DNA of 64,000 nt from Trichodelitschia bisporula (taxonomy: Eukaryota): the NCBI GenBank assembly GCA_010356995.1, contig ML996692.1, forward strand, positions 62,001-126,000. Reading direction: 5' to 3'. The stretch's first letter is position 1. Every line of letters starts with the position of its first letter. Below the pieces are notes generated by a model. It was given only the letters and a program-made list of their open reading frames with translations, made no database searches and was not told where the DNA came from. Both the position numbers and the translations under genes were made by a program. Shown here piece after piece: positions 1-10,910 of the stretch.

Positions 1-542
1 GCCTTGCCCCGTCTCTCCCCACTCATCCTCAACCTAGAACTAGAGCACTGGCGGGAATAGCCCTGTTCCACTCACTCTCACTGTGCAGCCCCAAGCCACC
101 AACCAACCCCCCGCCAGCAGTCAATCACCGTCAAAGGCAATCGAACTTGATTACTGTCCGTCAAACACACATGTCCTTTACCCAGCAAGCTCACCAATGT
201 CAAACCTGGCGCTCAAATTAACCATTGATTCGTACCGATGGAGTACGGACGCAGTAGAGTAACACCCAGCAACACGCTCATCGTGTGCCCTCGAAAATAG
301 TACATGCGGTCAAATCGACGCGCAGTTAGATAGCCAACGCCGTAATCCCACCATCCCGATACCCAGCTTTGCCTACCGAATTGCCGCCAGTGAACGCCGT
401 GTGCTTTTCGCAACTCCCCCGCCGTGAACCATGATGCATGAGACTAGAATAGAAGTAGGCAGAAAACGCTATGTCTGGGATGGCATCGGACGCTCAGGAC
501 GCATACAAGCCTAGACACCCCGTAGAAATGATGGCAGAGACA

Positions 543-1383
543 TTAGGTTCCGTTCGCCATCACCGGCGCGGGCGAGCTCGCCGCGTGCGTGGCCGCCTCG
601 CCGGCACTGTTGGTATCGCTGGCGACGCCACTGCTCTGATGCGTCGGCTTGGCATCGCTGGCCTGGCTCGAGTCGCTCTTAACGTCTCCGTGGAAGTCGG
701 CCATCGGCTTCTTGTTCGCACCCCAGGTCGGCGCGTCCCAGGTGATGCCAGTGAAGCTCTTGACTTGAAAGCCGCGACGCTCCCACTTGCGGCACGGCTT
801 GCCGGTGCGGTCGAGCGCGCGCAGACACGCGTTGATGGCACCCTGGTTGGCCTTCGGACCGAGCTTGTGGGCCGGCGCCGGAGGAGCAGTACCGGTCGGG
901 GTTGAGCCGTTGAGTTCGCTGCTGTCATGTGTGTCAGTGACCGAAACAGAGACGAACGGGTATGCCAACTTACACGCGAGGCTTCTTTTTCGGACCAGGC
1001 TTGCCACGCGGCTTCGGCGCGCCGTCCATGGCCATCTGTGAGGCCGTACGCTTCATGCCAGGCTTCGGACCGGGAATGCCCTTGCGACGCACCGGGTTTG
1101 GCGGCGGCGCGAGGAGGTTCGCGTTGGGGGTGGACACTGAGGGCACCGGCGTGTTTTCATCAGAGGCCACGACAGGCGGCGAGGCCTCGGCAACGGCGGT
1201 CGAAGGCGCGACAGAGTTCTCGTCAGTGGACGGCGAAGCCTTGGAGTGCAATGTCGACTTGAGGCCCACTTTGGATTCCCACTGTGCGAGCTTGCCGGAG
1301 GAAATGTTGAGGGCGACCATCTTGGACTTGCCACGAGATGATGATGCCTTGGAGGCCGCTGTGGTGGAGTTGGAGTTTGACAT
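543..1383 (-). CDS. IES4: INO80 chromatin-remodelling complex subunit Ies4-like (DUF1711 family); 2 exons, intron ~922-973
   Basis: Exon 1 ends PRGKPGPKKKPR at a GTAAGT donor (973). A CTGAC branch and CAG acceptor join it in frame to HKLGPKANQGAINACLRALDRTGKPCRKWERRGFQVKSFTGITW, the conserved Ies4/DUF1711 C-terminal motif. Confidence 0.85.
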
Positions 1384-3792
1384 TGCGCGTGTTGTGAGGC
1401 AGCGATGCCGTTGACGAGATGATTTGGCGTCCGCAGATTGTGGGTGTGAGTGGTGTAGTTGGCGTTGAAGTGGTGGAGTGATGGAGGTGCAAGTCGATTA
1501 AGGAGGGTGCAGAGAACAGCGGAGAGCGGTGGGAGGGTTTTTGTATTGCTCGAAGCAGGCCGTCTGCCTTTTTGGGGCGGTGGGGGCTGCGGCGTGTCGC
1601 CCTTGGAGAGTGTTGTGTGTGTTGGGATGGGACCTCTTGTTCCCTTTGGTCAAGGGGGGGAGTGGGTTTCCGCCGAGTGCACGTCGCGTGTGGTGCTTCG
1701 GTGGTAGGGGGAAATATTGGAGATGCAGCAGCTGGAGGTTTGGTGATGGGAGTTTTGAGGGTGGGATGGAATGTGTCAAGGTGGATGGTGGTGATGGAAT
1801 AAGATGGGAGGGAGGAAAGGAAGAGGAGGTGAAATGAAGTGGGTGGCAGGCCTCATTATGTCTGAGCGAGAGTCGAGGGCGAAGAGCGAGGAGCGCGCGG
1901 ATTGTGGAGTGTGGTAGCCGTCTGAAAGGCTTTTGCTTAACCTTTAGTTTCCTCTCCGCCTGGTCACTGCGAGAAGAGAGGGTGGGAAAATGAGCCGGGG
2001 GGATCATTGGAGGGAGAGAGGGGGCTGAATGACAGGGGTCAGTGTGTCGCTCGTTTGTGTGAGCTCTTGGCCTGTGGCTGGAGAGATTATTTGTTCACTT
2101 TTGTTTCCCTTTCTCGGCCATTATTCTCTCGTCTCATCTCCTATGCCGAATTTGGGTGACGATGAGGGTGATGAAGGTGGTTAGGATGGAGGGGGTGGTG
2201 AAGGAAGTCTTGATGGCCTTTTTGTTGTCGTTTTCATTCAAAATGGGATGAGTCTTTATCATTGCCATTCTCTATGAGTTCTCTCTCCACTTTTTCTGAC
2301 TCTCTACCGTATCCTCCTCTTCCATCATTATCGTACTCATTTCTCATATCTCCGATCGTCCTCATCCCTCTCTCCAGCCCCCATCTACGCTTCCCACGGC
2401 TCTCCCTTTGTTTGCTGCGTCGCCCAAGGACACCAAGAACACTCAGCTGCAGCGGCAATCCCCCCCCATCCATCAACTTGACGCCCATCATCCCGGCTCC
2501 GCTTCTTGCCAGAGGGAACCCCGTAAAAAGCCATGATCAATCAACGCTACGCCGCTTCTCGCCGCGCCATTCCTTTCGGCTTCAGGGCGGCAATCATCAG
2601 CTGCTGATTCAACATGGCGTCTTTTTGCCTCTGCTCAGGCTCGCTGCTGCAACTGCTGTAACCCAACCTGCTGCTGCTGCTGCGCCTTGCTTGACGTGCT
2701 TGATGGAATTGTTTACATGCCCTGCCCCAGTTGCCTGCAGTCAAGTCCACGTAACTATTCTCATCGCTGATTGTCGGCAAGAGGGGGAGGAGCATCAGCC
2801 ACACCAACACCGGACACATCTCGTGTCACGCTCGAAACACAGCATACACGCAACACATCGCCCATCGCTGCATCTCCACCCCTTCCTTTGCCGCTTGTCC
2901 GTTGCCCTGATTGCTGGATGCCGGCTTCATTGGTGGGTCTGCAGATGGGATGGTCCCCCATGCCGTGATTTCACCATCTCACCATCCTAATTCAAGGCAA
3001 AACACACACCTTCCCATTAGTGATTGTCGTCAACCTCCGTCACCCACTGCCTAGAGAAGCTTCCGGATGCGCCTTTTAGCCCAAGTGCATGCGGCCCACA
3101 GGCGGAATGGCGGCAACCGAGGCTCGATTCCGCAATATCTGTTCCCCTCTCCTTGGTCCCTACATCCGTGATGCTGCACACTGTCGGTGAAAGTGCTTAG
3201 GATGAGCCCGCGGGAGCCAGTCAAGACGCGACTCGAGGAGACTCGAGGGGTCTCGGTTTGGTCGGGGAGGGCTCAAACCACCACCACAGTGACACCGTGA
3301 AACCAGTATCTTCAGGAATACTTAGCGAGTCCTTTCTGCCGGAAATATGCCGCTGCAGTTTTGACTTCAAGATCGACATGGAAATGAACCGAGATTCCAT
3401 CCCCTCCGCTATCACTCCTGACAGAACAGTGACATCGTGAAGCCATCGTCATCACTCCTAGGCGAATTCCTTCTATCGCAACTATGCGCTTCGAATTTAG
3501 ACCTCAAAACTAATATGGAAATCAACCGGAATTCCATCCCCCATCAGTTATCATCATCATCGTCACCATCAGCTCAAAATTCCACCCTCTTGGCGCGCCG
3601 GCAGCGGTCAACTCAGCTAACTCGCGGCAACGGGCAGCAAGCCGCTACGCCATGGAATTGGGCTAGTAGCGCAACCGGCGATTGCGAAGCGTCCCTGATT
3701 TTGTCCCGACGCTGGATGACCCACGGCCATGACCTGACTAACGACGACGCATTGCGATCATCTACCGAAATATTCTTATGCATTCCGGATCC

Positions 3793-5466
3793 ATGACGCG
3801 GGTCTGGTGCGCGCTGCGTGGGGATGGCGGGGTTGGACGGCGGCCGTGGGCGCTCAAGCATCGCAGCTCGAAATGGTGAGTTGCAATATGGAATCTCCGA
3901 GAGAGAGTCTGACGGATCAGGTTCATTCTAACCACGATTGTCTGCGCTATATTCACGGTATTTAAATCCGGACTGCTGCTCGCCTCCGGCTAATTTTTCA
4001 GGATATCTTCCTCTACGCCGTCATCGTCCCCGTGATTCCCTTCGCACTCACCAGCCGCGCCGACATCGAGGAGCACGACAGTACGTGTAGCTCGACCCTA
4101 CGCGGAGCGAAAGGAACTAACGCCTACAAGTTCAGAAATGGGTCACCGTCCTCGTAGCCGTCTACGGTGGCGCCTTATCTGCCTTCTCGCGTACTTCCCC
4201 CCTCGCAGAAACAAACCACGCCCGCTAACCCGCCCAGCTATCGCCGGCTGGTTAAGTGACCACAGCTCCTCGCGCCGCCTTCCACTCGTCTGCGGCCTCC
4301 TCGCCCTGCTCGGCGGCACCCTGCTTCTCAACCTCGGCTCAAGCATCGGCGTCTTCATCGCCGCGCGCATCCTGCAAGGCCTCTCCGCAGCAGTCGTATG
4401 GGTGGCCGGACTCGCCCTCCTCGCGGACACGGTCTCTGAAAACGAGGTCGGCGAGATGTTCGGGTACGTGTTGATTGCCATGAGCGTGGCGCTGCTGCTA
4501 GGCCCACTACTGGGTGGGATCGTGTTTGAGCGCGCAGGGTATAACGAGGTGTATGCGATGGTGTATGCGTTGATTGGGTTGGATGTGGCGATGCGGTTGT
4601 TGGTTATTGAGAAGAAGGTTGCGAAGCGCTGGGAGTGCGTGGAGGAGGGGTCGGAGGGGGATGTCGAGACGGCGCGGGACACCGCCGACGTCGAGACCAA
4701 ACCCGAGGGCGACCTCACGGCTCGCAACACGTCGCATGCTGCGTCTACGCCTACGCCTCCCGCTACACCGGTCAAGCACGCGCCCGCCGTGCTCACGCTA
4801 CTCAAATCCCGCCGCCTGCTGTGCGCGCTCTGGGGCACGATGGTAACATCCGTCGTCATGACGCAGTTCGACTCAACCCTTCCCCTGCACGTGCAGCAGA
4901 CGTTCGGGTGGAACGCCACAGGCGCAGGTACATCCATCGCCCTTCTTTCTCCTCCCCCACTAATCCTTCCAGGGCTCATCTTCATTCCCTTCGTCCTCCC
5001 CTCCATCATCGCCCCCATCGTCGGCTGGGCAACCGACCGCTACGGGCCCCGCTGGCTCGCCACCGCGGGCTTCGCCCTCCTAACCCCCCTGCAAGTCCTC
5101 CTCCGCTTCGTAACGCACAACACGCTCTCCCAAAAAGCCCTCCTGTGCGCGCTCCTCGCCCTCATGGGCCTAGCCCTTAACCTCGCCCTCCCGCCCATAA
5201 CCGTCGAAATCACGAGCTCGGTTACGCGGAAAGAGCGTGCTACGCCGGGACTATTTGGTACGAAGGGCGCGTATGCGCAGGCGTATGGGTTGTTTAATAC
5301 GGCGTGGGCGGCCGGGGCGCTTGTGGGTCCGATTTGGGCGGGGTTTGTGAGGGATGCGAGGGGGTGGGGGACTATGACGTGGAGTCTTGCGGTGCTGCCG
5401 GCGGTTAGTGTTGTGCCCGTTGCGGTGTGGACGGGGGGGTATGCGTTTAAGGTGAGGAGGGAGTAG
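3793..5466 (+). CDS. MFS transporter (vesicular amine transporter-like); introns 3876-3920, 3958-4001, 4081-4130, 4191-4237, 4928-4972
   Basis: Spliced frame reads MTRV..PWALKHRSSKWFILTTIVCAIFTDIFLYAVIVPVIPF..., IAGWLSD, ARILQGLSAAVVW, GWATDRYGPRW (MFS motif A-like) and AQAYGLFNTAWAAGALVGP, with many hydrophobic segments. Confidence 0.9.
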
Positions 5467-6077
5467 GCGAGGCGATGTCGGAGGCAGGGTCGGCGGAGGG
5501 GTGTGGGAGGGACGATGGTGGGTAAGGGACGGGGAGAGCGGAGAAGGGAGATCCGGCCCGCGGGACACCCGGTGGAAAGACGTGGAAGATATACACGATC
5601 CGGTCGTGCCTTCCACAGAGAATCTACATCCGTCATTCCGCTCCTATATTGCAGATCACATGACCCCCTCTTCCCCGCGAGCTCCGCCGTCCCCGCCGGG
5701 TCTCTGGGGAAGGGAATCTGCGGGCCGGGCGGGACCGCGGGGCTGACCTGATCTGGGCGGCAACAGATGCTGTGACTGTACGATAGGCGCCTTGGAGCCA
5801 CATGAGGCGCATGCGGGATATCCGCTGTATGCTGAGGCGGAAGGGTGATGACGGCGTCATCGGGCGTGATACGGTGCCGCGATAGCGAAGCGCGCGTGAT
5901 GAGGAAGGCGCGGTCCGCGTGGGCCCGCGGCGTTTGGGATGGAGGATGGGGAGGGGGAGGGGGAGGGGGATAAAGGTGGCGAACCCCGTGGGTTGGGACT
6001 ACAGGTGTAAAGTTTCATCTTTCTCTCTCTTCTATCTTTGAAGTCTGAGGGTTGTACGTTAAGTTGTTGCCATCGCG

Positions 6078-7126
6078 ATGCTCGCTGCCCCGCACTCCGC
6101 CAGCTACCCCGCCATGGCCGTCACCCCGCACCCCACCTCGCACCTGCATCTCCACCGCCACCATCATCGACGCCCACCTTCTCCTCCACCCTCTCCCACC
6201 AAAATCATCTCTGAACCGCAAATCCACCTCCAACAGCAAAGTCCCCTCTTTCGCCTCCCTGCCGAGCTGCGCAACCAAGTACATCTCCCTGCATCCTCCC
6301 TATGCACCCTCTAACCATCCAGATCTACACATACCTCTTCAGCCCCCCACCCCAACCACCCCGCACCCTCACCCCGAGTCCAAGCGCTCTAACCGCCCTC
6401 CGTGCCCTCGCAACATGCCGCCTCCTCGCCCTCGAAGCCGCGACTCTCGCGGCTGCGCTACTTCTGGGGAGATGTACGAGGTGGCACCGGGAGGATCTGA
6501 CTGAGCTCGCGGACGTGCTGAAGGCACTGCCGGGACCTTTACTCACTTCCAAGCCCCAGCCGCGGTGGGAGAGGAGGGACTCCGGCATCGGCGGGTTGGA
6601 AGATGAAGAGTGGGAGGTGGAAGATGGCCGCGCCCTCCTAACAACCTTTCACCTCGTCGCTCACGAGCGTGTTCCGCATGTGTCACCGGGACCTCTGGCA
6701 CCAAGATTAGCGTTTCTAGACGCAGGAGCCGACTTCGCGGCCTTCGTATTTGATGTCCTGTCCCTATTCCCGGCGGTGCGGTGCGTGAAAGTCGTGTTAG
6801 GCGGGTGGCATGTTAGCGTCGCGCGCGCCGTGTATATGAGGATGGTGGGAGAGTGTGAGAGGGGGGGATTTCAGTTTGAGGAGGGGGACAGGCATGGGGA
6901 GGTTCGGAGGGGAGGGTGGGCGGTGGGAGGGTTTGATGTGGTGAGGGTTGTTGGTGGGAAGGGGGGTAAGGTTTGTGGTAGGGATGAGGAGGGGGTTGTG
7001 GCGGTTGTGAGGTTGAGGGGACGCGGGGGGAGGAGGGTTAGGGTTGAGTGGTGGGATGTTGGCTGGGAGGGGGGGAGATTAGAGGAGGTGGAGGGGGATG
7101 ATGAGAGGGGGGAGTGGGAGGGATGA
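6078..7126 (+). CDS. Hypothetical protein with F-box-like motif; intron 6279-6322
   Basis: Splicing GTACAT..CTAAC..CAG yields QQSPLFRLPAELRNQIYTYLF, the typical fungal F-box-like signature, and the frame stays open to TGA at 7126. Confidence 0.7.
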
Positions 7127-7448
7127 GCTCTATATATCTAAATCGGATACCTCTTAATGTAATGTAATGCCTACCACCATCACACCTCTGACATCTGAAA
7201 CAGGCACAGGTCCGTAAGTGGTGGGAGAGCGATAAGAACTGAAGCTAGCGTGTGCTGAACTAACGTAACTGAGTGGATGACTTGAGTGTGTTGGCAATGA
7301 CAGAGAAGCGGGTACTAATACCAACTCCAAGGAACAAACAAATGAGCCTCTCCTTCTTAAGAATTATGACTGCCACTTCCCATGTGTAAACCATCCCTGG
7401 CTCCTCTCTGTTCACTCCTGCCGCCCACAACATCAACCTCAACCTCTA

Positions 7449-8303
7449 TCAGACCTGCTCCTCAACCTTCCCCACATCAACCCCCACCACACTCCCCCCG
7501 GCCCACCCAGCAACCCCCCTCACAACACTCAACACCCTCTCCACTCCTTCCTTACTGACCCCCAACCTCCTCATCCCCCTCACATGCCACTCCGCTGGCG
7601 CCAGCAGCCCCGAGCACATCATCGCCGCCAGCACAACCACACTCGTCTCCACCTGCCCCAGCAACGAGTGATCAGCCAAAAACAACCCATATATAACCCT
7701 CTCCTCAAGCCACAAGAAATCCGGCTCATGCACGCCCCAGGTGCCCGTACTCTGAGCCAGATTATGTTGGTAGAGTGTCTGCATGAAGCCTCGTCCGCGG
7801 GACTCGACGGCGTCGAGGGTGAGGGGTGTGTACATGGATTCTGCTGTTTCTGAGGGGGAGGGGGACACGCGCGCGAGATGCGGCACGGCGGATATAACGG
7901 GCGGAATGCCGATTATGGTCCAGAGTTTCATGAGCGCGTCTTTGATGCGTGCGACGAGTTGCTGCGGAGGGTCTTCCCCTACGCGGGCTGCGTACTCGTA
8001 GACGGGCGCGATGAGTTCGGGACGGCGGAAGGCGAGGAGGGCGGGGATCTTGGTCGTTAGTTTTGAAGATAATTTAGGTTACTAGAGCGGCCGGAGCCGA
8101 CGCACCACGGCTAGATACCATGCCTCGCTCGGCAACTCGGCTGGCCAGGCTGCGCGCGCGCAGGCGCAGATGTCGTCGATGGAGCCGGTGTAGGCTCCGG
8201 AAGCCGGGGGGCTAGTGCCCGCGGTGGTGGAGGCGGTATGGTGTGCATTGGTGAGGGAAGAAGCAACGTCCGACGGGTTGAGTGGCGGTGTAGACGCGGG
8301 CAT
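7449..8303 (-). CDS. AhpD/carboxymuconolactone decarboxylase-like protein; intron 8049-8105
   Basis: AWYLAV spliced to IPALLAFRRPELI..RIKDALMKLWTIIGIPPVI..RGRGFMQTLY..YGLFLAD..WHVRGMRRLGVS, which resembles fungal AhpD-like proteins. Confidence 0.75.
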
Positions 8304-8450
8304 TGCGGCGCGGATTGGTGGGAGGCGGTCTGGGTGGGTTGGTTGGGGAGGAGAGAGGGTGGAAGGTTGGAGAAGGTGAGAGAGGAGAAGTAGAATTCAG
8401 CGCTGAACGCTGACTTTTGAATGCTGACTGCTTATCTACTGCTTGTCGTC

Positions 8451-9200
8451 GTGATGACGGGATCCGGAATTGAGGCCAGCACTTTGCCTTGCCCAGCCTG
8501 ATGGCGAGTGAGGCGTCAGGCTGGGGGAGAGGCGTGCACAGAAGGAGGCAATGGAAGGTATCGGAGGCAAGATTTTCCGGGGATTTATTTAGCTCATGGG
8601 GAAGTCTTCCGCGGGCATCTCTCCGGTCATCACTCTACCAAAGCTGTTCTTGCGCGGGTCGGCTGCCGGGCCTTCGGCAGCGGGACCCGGTCTTCGGTTC
8701 GGATGGACGGCCGGCGGATCGGGCACGCGGCACAGGGCACGGGGACGAGGGGTTCACCCGGGCGCTTCGCTTGACGCATCAGGCGCCCGTCAGGCCTTCG
8801 TGACTGTAGGTAGTGGTACAGCCTAGTCATTCAGGGTCAGAGTCAGCCAGTCTTGTCCGCCTGGTATTCAAGACCCGGTGTTCTAGCCAACTGCGAAACC
8901 CAACATCCATTCGTTCTTCCATTCGTAGTTCAGCCTACCCTGGGGTGCTGAACCTTCGTTGGGGTTGCGAACCAACGGCCGAGGTCGGAATTTGCTTTTC
9001 GTTCGGCCGATGAAGGTTATTGGTACGCCTGGGCCTGAAACACGTCGTGGCCAATGGTGGCGGGGGCGTCTTGCTGGCACTTTTTGTCAGAGACCGCTCG
9101 GGGCCTAAGAGGCGGTGCTGCTGGAAAGGGGGCTTGAGGTGTGCCAGTTCAGCAGATGCAGGCCATCGTGGGCGGAGGCGGTAGAAAAGCACACGATAGG
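8451..9200 (+). ncRNA. Candidate large structured non-coding RNA, family unassigned
   Basis: More than 10 adjacent or nested stems, e.g. GTGATGAC(8451)/GTCATCAC(8626), CCCAGCCTGATG/CGTCAGGCTGGG, AAGATTTTCC/GGGAAGTCTT, GCTGCCG/CGGCAGC, CGGGCGC/GCGCCCG and GTTCAGC/GCTGAAC. G-U pairs recur on the + strand and there is no credible ORF. Confidence 0.5.
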
Positions 9201-10154
9201 ACACGGCGGAGGAAGCGATGAGAGGGGGAATGTGGGTGAGATGCGGGATGGGGGGGGAAACGGTTGCTGGCATGTGTTCTGAGCGTGCGTGGATGGGCTG
9301 TGATAATGGCCGAGGGCGGCGGCGAGCGCTCACTGACTTGCTTGCTTTGCTGCACGGAGTCCCTATTTGTCGCCATTCGAAGAGGAACACGTCGGGTTTG
9401 AGGGGCTGCAGAATACGATGCGCTTGCTAGTGTGTGCTCGGTGGTGGGGGACGGGGGAGTTGATGGGCCTTTAAAGGGCGGGGGAAATGTCGGTCGCCTG
9501 TGCCTTTTTGCTGATTTCTCGATCTCTCTCGATAACTATTCTTGACCGTTCCGCCCCGAACACCTTCTTCCTGCCCCCTTCCGCATCTATAGTCGTGTTT
9601 CAACTGCCTAGCTACTTTATCCTCACTCTATCACTATCTCACCATCTTCATCTCCATCTCCCCCTCCCCACCCCTTCCCGAAGATCTTGTCAGGGACCGG
9701 CGGCGCAACGCACACCCTTGGCGCCGTGACCCTAGACTCTCCTGCAGTCTGAAAAAGCCACCGGGACACGAACGCCAAAGTCTCCCTTATTTCTGCCTCC
9801 TCTCGTCTTCCTCCTCTCTCCTTTCCCACACGAACTTCAACCCCAGCATCAAAGTCACTCTCTCTTCCATATTCTTCGCCAAATCCCCATTACCAGCCAC
9901 TGGACAACGAAGTCTACATCCTCTCATTGTCGTCTTTCTCCTCCTCTCGCATTTTCCACATTGCAACGCTGCAACAACTGCCTGCGCCGCGTGTTTAGCA
10001 CACTGCTCACACGTGGCTAATCCACGCATCCACCACCTCAAGTCACGTCGCCATCTCCACCCGCGCGTGACTCCATCGTATCTCTCAAAAACTTCACCGT
10101 CTCCTCCTCTCCTCTCCACCTCACCGTCCTCAAACTCACCAACCCATCGCCACC

Positions 10155-10910
10155 ATGCGCCGCGAAACCTCCATCCCCGCAACCGTCTACAAAGCCCTCT
10201 TCCCACACCCCACCCCCACCGACCCCCCCGACTTCTCCGCCCATCTCGCAAAGAACCTCGTCGCCGAAGTCCGCATCGAAACCCAACGCTTCTACGGCGG
10301 CCTCGAAACCGTCGAAGCCCGCTACCCAGGCCTAAACTACAGCCACCCACCCCACCGCAAGCGCCTCGCCCGCTTCCCCCACCACGCGCGCCTCTTCGCC
10401 GCCTTCGACACCCTCGGCCTGACGGAGCATGAGATAGCCCAGCTGTGCCGCTGGGAGGGCACGCTGTGGGCGCGCCAGCGCTACGAGCGCGACGAGGGGA
10501 TCACGGTGGCCGATACCACGGGGACGGAAATCAAGCCCTGGGTGGACCGCAGGCCCGTCAAGGCGCCTAGGCCGAAGGGGCAGAGCCGCAGGCAGAGCCC
10601 GAAGGCGAAGGCTGAGGTGCGTGAGTTGGAGGATTCGAGCAGCGGGAGCGAGCGCGCGACGCCCCGGTCCAGCCCTGTGCCACCGTCGGCCTCGGCGCGC
10701 AGACCCGTCCCGCCGCCGACGACGTTTGGCGAGCACCTGGCGCGGAGGGTGGGTGCGCGGGCGAGCGGGGATTTTATTACGGATCCGGCGTGGGAGCAGT
10801 TTCTTAAGGAGGCGGAGGGGAGTAGTGGGGGTGCGTCGACGTTTCTGGGCGATGTGTCGAGCAGTTACCGCGCCTCGACGCTGGGACGATCGGATGGGGT
10901 GAGGGAATAG
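10155..10910 (+). CDS. Hypothetical protein, probably conserved in fungi (251 aa, single exon)
   Basis: Good start context (CACCATG) and strong C/G third-position bias. Globular-looking N-terminal half (EARYPGLNYSHPPHRKRLARFPHHARLFAAFDTLGLT..LCRWEGTLWARQRYE). Confidence 0.8.
   Translation: MRRETSIPATVYKALFPHPTPTDPPDFSAHLAKNLVAEVRIETQRFYGGLETVEARYPGLNYSHPPHRKRLARFPHHARLFAAFDTLGLTEHEIAQLCRWEGTLWARQRYERDEGITVADTTGTEIKPWVDRRPVKAPRPKGQSRRQSPKAKAEVRELEDSSSGSERATPRSSPVPPSASARRPVPPPTTFGEHLARRVGARASGDFITDPAWEQFLKEAEGSSGGASTFLGDVSSSYRASTLGRSDGVRE

Noticed and set aside
1498..2990. ORFs 1498-2007 (-), 2262-2990 (+) and 2547-2819 (-)
   Set aside because: Mostly non-ATG starts and Pro/Ser/Leu-rich translations of pyrimidine tracts; more likely UTR or promoter sequence.
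8451..8457. GTGATGA as a snoRNA box C
   Set aside because: It is better explained as one strand of an 8-bp helix with 8626-8633, and there is no nearby box D with a terminal stem.
8889..8930. CCATTCGTAGTT resembling U14 domain A (18S complementarity)
   Set aside because: No U14 domain B or flanking C/D boxes in the right order, and it pairs locally with AACTGCGAA.
9085..9118. TCAGAGAC..TAAGA resembling group I intron R/S elements
   Set aside because: The spacing is too short for P3/P8, and no P/Q elements or host exon were found.
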